Assembly: GCF_000019345.1 (NCBI RefSeq)
Contig: NC_010503.1
Location: 240,001-272,000 of the forward strand
Source: Ureaplasma parvum serovar 3 str. ATCC 27815
GTDB taxonomy: Bacteria; Bacillota_I; Bacilli_A; Mycoplasmatales; Mycoplasmoidaceae
DNA length: 32,000 nt
Direction of reading: 5' to 3'
In this document: piece by piece, positions 11,480 through 20,693 of the stretch
How the letters are laid out: each line of letters opens with the position of its first letter
How positions within the stretch are numbered: position 1 is the stretch's first letter
Made by a program: the position numbers and the translations under genes
The notes under the pieces: generated by a model
The model's input: the letters and a program-made list of their open reading frames with translations, nothing else
Database searches by the model: none
What the model was told of the DNA's origin: nothing

Positions 11480-13174
11480 TTATTGAATTCCTATGTAGTA
11501 ATGATATAAACTTTGACCAGTATATCTTAAATCACAAATAATTCCATATTTTTCTGAAATGTATTTTTCAATTTGATGTACATCTGTTTGTGAAGCATTA
11601 ATGCCATAATATATATAACAAATTTCTGGTTTTTTTAAACTTTCAATTAACATTTCAATTGTTTTTAATAAAACATCATAAGCATTTTTTTCAGAAGCGA
11701 TAATTTTTTTATTAATAATGCCTATATAATCATCTTTATTAACAGTAATATGTGGATATTTAACATTTTTAATTGAAGTAGTAATCATCCCACTACGTGC
11801 TTTTTTAACTATTTTATTCATTGTTTTAAAATTTGTGCGATAATCATTTTGCTGTTCAAAATGAGAAATCGCTAAAAGCGTTTCAAAAACATTATAAGCT
11901 CCAATTACAGAAACCAAAATGTTGTTTTCAGCAACGATTTTTGAAGCTTGTTCAGCAGCTAATACAATATTTGAATCATCAGTGACAATAAAAATTTGTG
12001 AAGAGTTTGTTGAGTTAATTTCATCGACAAAACGTTGAATTGATGGAGCTCCTTCTGTTTCAGTAACAATAACATTATCAATACCATGTTCTTCAATAAA
12101 CATTTTTTTAAACTTTTCAGATGGAACTGTTGCAATAATTTTTTGCTCCATACTTAAAGTCAATTTATTTTCTTTTTTTGTAGTCAACCCTTTTCGTTCT
12201 AAACTTTCATAAAATTGGTTTGTCATGTTTTCAATTTTAATCTTATCAAATTCACCATATTTTTGTGATAATTGTAAGAATTTATAAGGAGTTAGGGTAT
12301 GCAAATGAACTTTAACTAGATCTTCATCTTGGATTGCTACAATACTATCACCGATTTTTGCTAATTCACTTTTATATTTTTCAAATTCAAAAAAACTTTT
12401 ACTTGGTGAATTAGGGATAATTTTTTTTCGTAAAGATAAAATAATTTCACTACAATAACCAAAACCTTCTTCTTTTTCTTTATGTATAATTTCAAGATCA
12501 AGCGGTTTAGTCTTTGATTTAATATTTTCTTCTTCGTTTTTAATAATTAATTTTTCATCAAATGTATTTGTTAAGCTTTGATACATTCCTTTTAGAAAAC
12601 TTACTAAACCATATCCACCAGAATCAACAACATTAGCTTCTTTTAGCGAAGGTAACATTTCTGGTGTTCTTTCTAGAATGATTTGCGCTTCTTTTGTAAC
12701 AAATGCAAATAAATCTTCGACACTATCAAAATTTTGACGTTCACTTATTCGCTCATTAATAACGCGAATGACTGTTAAAATTGTTCCTTCAATAGGTGTA
12801 GAGACGCTTGCATAAGCTTTTTCTTTTGCACCATTAAAAGCTTGTTTTAATTGTTCAATACTAACTTCATAAGCATCGTTATTTAAAGCATCCATAAATC
12901 CACGAAATATTTGACTTAAAATAACACCAGAGTTACCTCTGGCGTTCATTAATAGACCACGACTAAAAATTTTAGCAAGTTGGGAAAAATTGGATATTTC
13001 TATCTCTTTAATAGCAATAATTGCACCAGCTGTTGTGGTTTTCATGTTTGAACCAGTATCACCATCTGGAACAGGAAAAACATTTAAATCGTTAATATAT
13101 TCACATTCAATTTCTAATATTTTTGCACCTGCATATAACATTTTTTGAAAAAGATCTAACTTAATTGTTTTCAT
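11480..13174 (-). CDS. fakA: DAK2/YloV-type fatty acid kinase catalytic subunit (FakA-like), 564 aa
   Basis: NDLNVFPVPDGDTGSNMKTT (DhaL nucleotide-binding) and LLMNARGNSGVILSQIFRGF; immediately upstream of plsX. Confidence 0.9.
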   Translation of the reverse strand: MKTIKLDLFQKMLYAGAKILEIECEYINDLNVFPVPDGDTGSNMKTTTAGAIIAIKEIEISNFSQLAKIFSRGLLMNARGNSGVILSQIFRGFMDALNNDAYEVSIEQLKQAFNGAKEKAYASVSTPIEGTILTVIRVINERISERQNFDSVEDLFAFVTKEAQIILERTPEMLPSLKEANVVDSGGYGLVSFLKGMYQSLTNTFDEKLIIKNEEENIKSKTKPLDLEIIHKEKEEGFGYCSEIILSLRKKIIPNSPSKSFFEFEKYKSELAKIGDSIVAIQDEDLVKVHLHTLTPYKFLQLSQKYGEFDKIKIENMTNQFYESLERKGLTTKKENKLTLSMEQKIIATVPSEKFKKMFIEEHGIDNVIVTETEGAPSIQRFVDEINSTNSSQIFIVTDDSNIVLAAEQASKIVAENNILVSVIGAYNVFETLLAISHFEQQNDYRTNFKTMNKIVKKARSGMITTSIKNVKYPHITVNKDDYIGIINKKIIASEKNAYDVLLKTIEMLIESLKKPEICYIYYGINASQTDVHQIEKYISEKYGIICDLRYTGQSLYHYYIGIQ

Positions 13175-13188
13175 ATCACACTTCCATT

Positions 13189-13455
13189 TTAACAGTTTAT
13201 AATGATGTTAATAACCACATTATCATCATTTAATTGTTTTGACAATTCATAATATACTAAATTACGCGCTTCATTTGCTACACTTAAAACATTAACAACA
13301 TCTTCATGTAAATCAATTTTAATTACAAAATAATTACGATTAAAATCTGATAATTTGTCATTTATGTCAACACTAAAAATCCCAGGAACTTTTAAAATAG
13401 AGGATGTAATTAAACTTTTAACAAGTTGAGTATCAAATTTAGTTTTTTTTAACAT
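13189..13455 (-). CDS. Asp23/Gls24 family (YloU-like) protein, 88 aa
   Basis: Short alpha/beta protein with LVKSLITSSILKVPGIFSV... and VVNVLSVANEARNLVYYELSKQ, immediately upstream of the fakA-like gene, as in Firmicutes. Confidence 0.75.
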   Translation of the reverse strand: MLKKTKFDTQLVKSLITSSILKVPGIFSVDINDKLSDFNRNYFVIKIDLHEDVVNVLSVANEARNLVYYELSKQLNDDNVVINIIINC

Positions 13456-13559
13456 GCCCTACTCCCACCACATTTACGCTCTCATATTTATAGTTTCAAA
13501 ATTATATTATATTATAAAATTATTATTTATGTTTTTAGACAAATAAGATAAATACAATC

Positions 13560-14198
13560 TTAATACTTTTTCAAATTTTTTAAATGGTTTTTAACTTTTG
13601 TTGTTTTTAATAAATTTTGTAAATTTTCAAATTTATTAAAGGCCAAATCAATAATATCTTCATAATTATCTTTTGTTGCAGAATTTAAATAAAATTTTTT
13701 CAATACATTTTTATCAGCAAAAAGTAATAAACTATGATATTTTTGCTTTTTATTTCTTGAAATTTCAAATAGTAAAATTTGTGGATTGGAATTATTAATC
13801 AATTTTTTTATTGTATTATATATTAATTTATTTCACAATTCGTCTTTAAAATCGTTTTTTGTTAACGTAAAATTAAACTGGTTACTTAAATATCTGCTTA
13901 AATTATTTTTTTTAGTAACATAGATTTGAAATAAATTAATATAAATATCCTTATAAATAAAATTTTCTTTTAATAAGTCATTTTTATTGATCAAAATTTC
14001 ATCTCAGTTTTTTCAACGACGCATTTTTGAAGGTAAATAAGCATTTTGACCAGATAAATAATATATATAATTATCATTTTCAAATAAAATAATAGGAAAA
14101 CCTCCAATCATGTTTTCAAAAGGATCACTAACAATATAATTTAAATCACTATTTCTTATTAAAATCTCTTTATACATACTTTTTCAGTTGATATTCAT
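13560..14198 (-). CDS. hypothetical protein, 212 aa (track shows only its last 80 aa)
   Basis: Code-4 reading extends upstream through four in-frame TGA codons to ATG 14198: MNINWKSMYKEILIRNSDLNYIVSDPFENMIGGFPIILFENDNYIYYLSGQNAYLPSKMRRWKNWDEILINKN... No family recognised. Confidence 0.75.
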
Positions 14199-14229
14199 AA
14201 AAAAATTTATTATATTACTATAAATATTT

Positions 14230-14235
14230 TATAAT
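14230..14235 (+). promoter_or_regulatory. putative -10 box for rpmB in the divergent intergenic region
   Basis: tataat about 60 bp upstream of ATG 14296, with a gtggaggtg SD before the ATG. Confidence 0.4.
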
Positions 14236-14295
14236 ATTAAAATTAGTGAAATTAAAATATTTAAATAATTTTAACACGTGGAGGTGTTTAAAAAG

Positions 14296-14490
14296 ATGGC
14301 AAAAAGAGATCAATTAACAGGCAAAGGTCCTTTAAGTGGGAATACACGTTCACATGCTATGAATCATTCAAAGCGTCGTTGAAATGTTAATTTACAAAAA
14401 GCAACTATTAAGACTGAAAACGGGAGCCAACGTGTATTAGTTTCAGCTAAAACACTAAAAACACTTAAAAAGCATAATTTATTAGCCTAG
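14296..14490 (+). CDS. rpmB: 50S ribosomal protein L28, 64 aa
   Basis: [64 protein letters not shown]. Missed by the track; one TGA=Trp. Confidence 0.96.
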
Positions 14491-14510
14491 TGAACGAAAA
14501 TGTTAAAAAT

Positions 14511-14547
14511 AAAAAAATGTACAAACCATTGCTTGTACATTTTTTTA
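14511..14547 (+). terminator. rho-independent terminator after rpmB
   Basis: aaaaaaatgtacaa / ttgtacattttttt perfect stem with T tract. Confidence 0.85.
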
Positions 14548-14892
14548 TTATTAACTGGTTATTTTATTTAAAGTCCACTTAATTAAAACTCTAGTTAATA
14601 AACAAATTTATATGACTGACATTAAGTTTTAATAACCGTTTTTAATTAATAAATTTTTTAATGTTAATCATACATTATAAATATAACAAATTCAAATCTT
14701 AATTATATACAAATCATCAATTTTTATTGAAAAATGACGTTAGAAATAATTTATAAACACAAATATAAAATAAGAAGATTAAAATCTTAAGAAGAATATA
14801 TATGTATATATATTAATATTCATATTTAGATTTTTTAAAAGATAATTGTTAAACATTAATCAAATTACTTAAAGTAATATGTTTAAAATAAA

Positions 14893-14915
14893 AAAAGAGG
14901 AATAATTCCTCTTTA
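14893..14915 (-). terminator. terminator of the rplU-prp-rpmA operon
   Basis: aaagaggaa-taa-ttcctcttt inverted repeat overlapping the rpmA stop. Confidence 0.65.
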
Positions 14916-15215
14916 ATTATTATCTTCTTTTGGAAGAACACTAACTTTTGTTTTATCTCCCATAAATTTAGTGTATTTTACCACACCAGCAGTTTTTGCA
15001 AATAAAGTGTGGTCTTTACCTTGTCCAACATTTAATCCAGGGTAGATTTTATTGCCCCTTTGACGATAAATAATTTGACCTGCTTTAGTAGATTGCCCAT
15101 CACCAAGTTTTGCGCCTAAATATTTAGGATTTGAGTCACGACCATTTTTAGATGAACCTACCCCTTTTTTAGAAGCAAAAAGTTGTAAGTCAGTTAATCA
15201 GTATAATTTATTCAT
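14913..15215 (-). CDS. rpmA: 50S ribosomal protein L27, 100 aa, with cleavable N-terminal extension
   Basis: [79 protein letters not shown]... Missed by the track. Confidence 0.97.
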
Positions 15216-15220
15216 TGTAA

Positions 15221-15529
15221 TTATAAACCTCTTTTATATTGTTGTTTATATTCGTGTAATTCAATATAAGATTGATATTTAAAATAGATTGCTTTTAATT
15301 GAATTATAATTAATTCTAGATATTGACGATACAATTGATTGTTATTATCAATAATTATTAATATAAATCCTTGCTCAACCTTAATTGTTGTTTTTTGTTG
15401 ATCAAATCAATTAAGTGCACCCATAATAATAGCACTCACTCCAGCGCATACTATATCTTTGCCATGCTCATCAAAATTTGCATGACCTTTTACTAATAAA
15501 GCGTTTGGATAATGATTTATTTTAATCAT
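15221..15529 (-). CDS. prp: ribosomal-processing cysteine protease Prp, 102 aa
   Basis: MIKINHYPNALLVKGHANFDEHGKDIVCAGVSAIIMGALNWF..: conserved GHA...G.DIVCAGVSAI His/Cys core. Sits between rplU and rpmA as in Firmicutes. Missed by the track. Confidence 0.93.
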
Positions 15530-15534
15530 AAAAA

Positions 15535-15837
15535 CTACTTAACACTAATTGAATCAATAACTAATTGTGTATATGGTTGTCGATGACCTTGACGTTTTAA
15601 ATGGTGTTTTTTAGATTTAAATTTAATAATGTTGATCTTCTTTTGTTTTCCTTGTTTTATAACAGTAGCATTAACTACAGCATTTTTTACAAAAGGAGTA
15701 CCAACACTACCTTCTACCATAATAACTTGATCAAATGAAATTTTACTACCAACTTCTAAATCTAGTTTTTCAACATAGATTTTTTCGCCTTGTTGAACTT
15801 TGTATTGTTTTCCGCCTGTTTGAAAAATAGCAAACAT
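15535..15837 (-). CDS. rplU: 50S ribosomal protein L21, 100 aa
   Basis: [38 protein letters not shown]. Confidence 0.98.
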   Translation of the reverse strand: MFAIFQTGGKQYKVQQGEKIYVEKLDLEVGSKISFDQVIMVEGSVGTPFVKNAVVNATVIKQGKQKKINIIKFKSKKHHLKRQGHRQPYTQLVIDSISVK

Positions 15838-15976
15838 TACAAATTTCTCCTTAGAATTGATATCTTATCAACTTAGACTCACCAATAAGGTATAAATTAA
15901 CATTTATTTTTAAACCTTTTTTGAGTGGTTGAAGCTGCATACGTTAATTTAAATCATACACAGCTTAAATATTATA
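15838..15976 (-). promoter_or_regulatory. rplU promoter (-10 at 15971-15976) plus candidate structured 5' leader
   Basis: Minus-strand TATAAT at 15971-15976, then about 125 nt of leader with a GU-tolerant 9-bp stem (15956-15964 with 15934-15942) and a second stem (15909-15918 with 15887-15896). L21 leaders are known upstream of rplU in Firmicutes. Confidence 0.4.
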
Positions 15977-16154
15977 TCATAATTAAATAGGTTAACCTTG
16001 TTTATTTGGATGTTTTCTTTATATAATATAAATTAACTCATGTGTTATTTATTAAGTTGTAAATTTATTCAAAATTAGAGATGTAAAATTACTAAATTTT
16101 AAAAACATTGGTATTAATAATAACCATAAAAATAAAAAAGAGGAGTTTTAATTT

Positions 16155-16730
16155 ATGAAACGCGGAAAATTAATTGTTTTTAGTGGACCTAGTGGTGTAG
16201 GAAAACATACAATTCTATCTAAAATCATAAATCGTAAAGATTTAAATTTAGCATATAGTATTTCAATGACAACCCGAAAAAAACGTGAAGGTGAAGTTAA
16301 TGGTGTTGATTATTATTTTGTTAATGATGAAGAATTTAAAAAGGCCATACTAAATAATGAATTAATTGAGTGAGCTGAGTTTGTTGGAAATAAATATGGA
16401 ACACCACGAACTATTGTTGAAAAATTAAGAGATGAAGGAAAAAATGTTATTTTAGAAATTGAGGTTGTAGGTGCACTTAAAGTTTTAGATTTATATAAAA
16501 ATGATGATTTAATTTCTATTTTTTTATTACCACCAAGTATTGATGAATTAAAAAAACGCTTATTAAAAAGGAATACAGAAACATTAGAAACAATTAAAAA
16601 AAGAATTCAAAAAGCTACTCATGAAATAACAATAAAAGATTATTATCAATATAATATTATTAATGATAATCCAGATCATGCAGCAAACCAGTTGGCGGAG
16701 ATTATTCTAAATGAAATTAAACAATCATAA
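16155..16730 (+). CDS. gmk: guanylate kinase, 191 aa
   Basis: [16 protein letters not shown]-loop, [34 protein letters not shown]. Joined through TGA after LIE. Confidence 0.95.
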
Positions 16731-17721
16731 TCTAAAAGAAATTTATTCATTATCATTAAATGAACTTAAAGAAGAATTATTTAAATTAGGCTTAAAATCT
16801 TTTATTAGCAAACAAATTTATTCTTGGATTTATCAGAAACGAATTTTTAATTTTGATAAATTTTCTAATATTGCTAAAAATAATGTAATAATTCTAAAAG
16901 AAAATTTTAGTAATAATCTATTAAAAATTAACAGTTATCAATCAAATTCTGATGGTTCAATTAAGTTTGAATTTTTAACAGATAAAAATCTGATTATTAA
17001 TTGCATGATTATTAAATTTAAAAACGGATTTTTAATAAAAATAAATCCGTTTGGAATTAATTTTAAAAAAGAAATTATTAATTTATCAACTAATGAATTA
17101 GTATTACAAATTTTATTAATACAACAATTTCTAGATCAACGTAAATTAGGCAACATTACTAATGTTATTATAAAAGGATTACAGGATAGCTTATTAAATA
17201 TGGACGTTGTATCAAACTTCATTAATATTATTAATAATGAAAATGGTTTAAATATTGGAAAAAGGAAAATTGCAGTTTGAACAAGTGGTATAAATGTTGA
17301 TTTGATTAAATGAGGACAATTACAAAATCAAATAGAATTGATTATTAGTATGAATGCTTCAAACTCATTAATTTATCAAAAAATAATGTTGAAGAAACTA
17401 AATCAAAATTGATCTTTTTTAAAATTAATTGAGCAAATTAAGGCATATACAAAGATTACAAATAATCGCGTTGTATTAGAATATTTATTAATTGATAAAA
17501 TTAATGATGATTTAAATTATGCTAATGAATTAGTAGAATTATTAAAAAACATCTTATGTTATGTGCTTTTAATTCCTTATAATTTAAATAATTATCGAAC
17601 TAGTGCTAATTTAGATGATTTTTTTAATATTTTATCTGTTAATAAAATACGAATTAGTAAGCGTATACGAAAAAGTAACGATTTAGATATTAGTTTTAAA
17701 CAATTGAAAATTAAGGAGTAA
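16711..17721 (+). CDS. RlmN-family (23S rRNA A2503 methyltransferase fold) protein lacking the radical-SAM CxxxCxxC motif, 336 aa
   Basis: N-term [37 protein letters not shown]; WTSGINVDL; LIISMNAS; [29 protein letters not shown]; [14 protein letters not shown] all correspond to RlmN landmarks. Location before prpC/prkC/rsgA matches rlmN synteny. Only two Cys, neither in a cluster motif. Confidence 0.85.
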
Positions 17722-17724
17722 AAA

Positions 17725-18468
17725 ATGAATTTTGGGTTTATTAGTGATATTGGCTCACAACGCAAACATAATGATGATTGTGCATTGGTAATTCAAAATC
17801 AATATCAACAAACTTTATTAATTGTTTGTGATGGATTAGGCGGGTATAAAGGTGGTGCTGCGGCTAGCCACATTACATTAGAAACAATTAAAGATAATTT
17901 TTTAACTACAGATTTTAGTGAGTATGATAAACAACAGATTCAAAAATGGTATATTAAAGTTATTAAACTAGCACAGGTTGAAATTGATCGCACTGTTTTA
18001 CTAGATAAAGACGTTTATAATATGGGAACTACAGTTGTTGCTTCTATTGTTGTTAATGATTTTTCATACACTCTAAATATTGGTGATTCGCGTGCTTATT
18101 TATTATCCAATGAACAATTCTTACAAATAAGTCGCGATCATAATTTATTACAAGTTTTACAAGAACGTAAAGCCAACCCTGAGGTTTATAAAAAACATGA
18201 GAAGAATTTATTTTCATTAACACAATTTGTTGGTCGCACAAGTAATATTTTTTTGAGTTATGACTTATTCGTAAATAAATTAAACCCAAATGAAATTATT
18301 GTTTTAACATCAGATGGATTCCATAACTATTTTGAATTAAATACATTATATGAAAAATTAATAAAAAGCACCCAAGAGACAAAAAATGAACTTTTACAAC
18401 AATTAATAAGACAAGCTATTATCAACGGTAGCAATGATAATTTATCATTAGCTTTCTTAATTTTTTAA
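17725..18468 (+). CDS. prpC: PP2C-family Ser/Thr protein phosphatase, 247 aa
   Basis: SDIGSQRKHNDDCALV, VCDGLGGYKGGAAAS, YTLNIGDSRAYLL, TSDGFHNYF, NGSNDNLSLAFL. Confidence 0.95.
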   Translation: MNFGFISDIGSQRKHNDDCALVIQNQYQQTLLIVCDGLGGYKGGAAASHITLETIKDNFLTTDFSEYDKQQIQKWYIKVIKLAQVEIDRTVLLDKDVYNMGTTVVASIVVNDFSYTLNIGDSRAYLLSNEQFLQISRDHNLLQVLQERKANPEVYKKHEKNLFSLTQFVGRTSNIFLSYDLFVNKLNPNEIIVLTSDGFHNYFELNTLYEKLIKSTQETKNELLQQLIRQAIINGSNDNLSLAFLIF

Positions 18469-18473
18469 ATTTT

Positions 18474-19634
18474 ATGCGTGAAGAAATAAAAACAAACTCA
18501 ATTCTTAATTATAAATATAAAGTTGTTAAACACCTAGCAGATGGTGGTTTTAGTAAAGTTTATTTATGTTGTTTTTTATCAGATGAAACTAAGTTTATTG
18601 TTATTAAAGTTTTAGATATTAATGATGAGAAACAACAAATGGTTGTTTATGATGAATTAAGAATTTCAAATTTAATTAAAAATTCTGATTCTGATAAAAA
18701 AAACTATATTATGGAATATTATGAATATTTTGAAACCGGTTCGTTAGAAAATAATGATAAAAGGATTTATATTGTTTTTGAATACATTGAAGGTTTGACA
18801 TTGCGTGAATATCTTGATGAATTTAAAACAATTACTTATGTTAAGGCTGTTGAAATTATTCGTCAGGTTGCCTTAGGTGTAAGTTTTTTTCATAGTTGTA
18901 ATCCACAAATTATTCATCGTGATTTAAAGCCAGAAAATTGCATGATTAATAAAACCTTAACAAAAATTAAAATTATTGATTATGGTGCAGCATCGGTTTT
19001 TTACAATCGTGAAGATTTAACAAAAGATCAAGAAATTAAATGTACAATTATTTACGCTTCACCAAAATTATTAAGTCTTGGGCAAAAAGTTAAAGAACAA
19101 GCTAATAAGGGTTTAAATAAAAGAGCTTTAAGTTTAATTAATGACGCATTAGGTGTTAGTTATGATATTCATTCTTTAGGAGTTATGTTATATGAATTAA
19201 TTACTGGAACTAACCCTTTTAGTGAACATACAATTACAGATGATCGTGATTATTTAGAAAAATGAATAACATATGATGTTGAACCACTATCGTTAATTAA
19301 TAAAACAATACCAAAAGGTATTGATAATATTTTAATGCGTTGTTTTGCTTGAAAAAAAGAAGATAATAAGTTGTTATACAAAGATATCTACACTTTAATT
19401 GATGATTTAAGTAATGTTATGGATCCAGAGTCAAATCTTAATCAAGAATACATTAAACCATTAAATAAGTTACGAATTTATCGTAAAAATCTAGCAGGCT
19501 TATATGAAATTAAAGAAAAAGATCGTAAATGATATTTACAAAAATGATTTATTATTCTTATTAGTTGTTTATCGGTTATTCTAATCATTTTATTAATTAT
19601 TATTTTATTTTTTAAAAAAAGTGGGGCAATCTAA
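18474..19634 (+). CDS. membrane-anchored Ser/Thr protein kinase (PrkC/PknB-like kinase domain), 386 aa
   Basis: [54 protein letters not shown]; C-terminal [26 protein letters not shown] then a few residues. Joined through TGA codons. Confidence 0.95.
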
Positions 19635-19636
19635 TT

Positions 19637-20548
19637 GTGCGGGCAAAGATTATTTCGGTTGTTGCTAATAATTTTTATGTACATCTTTATGATTTAAAAA
19701 TTCAGATAAAAGCAATTCCCAAAGGGATTTTTAAACATAACAGTCATGAATTAAAACCAATGGTTGGGGATGATGTTGAAGTTGAATTAATTGGGAATAC
19801 TTATTTAATCACAAAAATTTATGAACGTTATAATCAATTAATTCGTCCCAAAGTTGCAAATATTGATATTGTTTTAATCGTAGTCTCTATTGTACAACCA
19901 GATTTAAATACATTGAGTTTAAACAAATATTTAGCTTTTTATGAAGCTCGCAATATTAAAAATGTTTTAATAGGTTTGAGTAAATATGATTTAGCCAATA
20001 ATCATTTAAAACAAAAAATTAATAAGTTAATTTTAGATTATAAAAAAAATAACTATGCGGTTTTTATATTAACAAAAGAAAATGATATTTTATTATTAAA
20101 AGAAAAGATTAAAAGCAAGACACTTTGTTTGGCAGGAAATTCAGGCGTAGGTAAATCAACATTAATTAATAAATTAGATCCAAGCATTCAACAACGTACA
20201 CAGGAAATATCACATTTTCTGAATCGAGGAAAACACACAACAACAAGTACCAAACTAATTAGTTTTGCTAATGGCTTTTTAGTTGATACACCGGGTTTTG
20301 GAAATTTAGAGGTTAATTTAACCAAGAATGAAATGGCTAATGCCTTTAATGATTTTGCAAATTATGCACGTTTTTGTAAATTTTCTAATTGTTTACATAT
20401 TGAAGAACCAGAATGTGCTATTAAAAAAGCTGTTGATGAAAAATTAATTGTTAATTGACGATATGATGACTATTTAAAAATAATAAAAGAATTACCAAAT
20501 GATGTGTTGAAAATAAAAACACGTGCTCAAAATAGAAAATGTAAATAA
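19637..20548 (+). CDS. rsgA: ribosome small subunit-dependent GTPase A, 303 aa (GTG start)
   Basis: [64 protein letters not shown] (zinc motif). Extends past TGA 20456 to taa 20546-20548. Confidence 0.95.
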
Positions 20549-20598
20549 ATAATTCTAATTCTTTAGTTGCAAAAATACTTTTTATAATTCGCTTGTGC

Positions 20599-20626
20599 TT
20601 GCTTTTTATTTTTTTAGTACTATAAT
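20599..20626 (+). promoter_or_regulatory. putative amt-1 promoter
   Basis: ttgctt (20599-20604), 16-bp spacer, tataat (20621-20626), upstream of the first amt. Confidence 0.5.
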
Positions 20627-20693
20627 AGTAATATGTACTTAAAAATTATATTTTGTTTTAAAGTATAAAAAAAATAAATAAGAGGTGAGAATT

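Noticed and set aside
18053-18289. 78-aa minus-strand ORF
   Set aside because: Antisense to the PP2C gene; no recognisable features.
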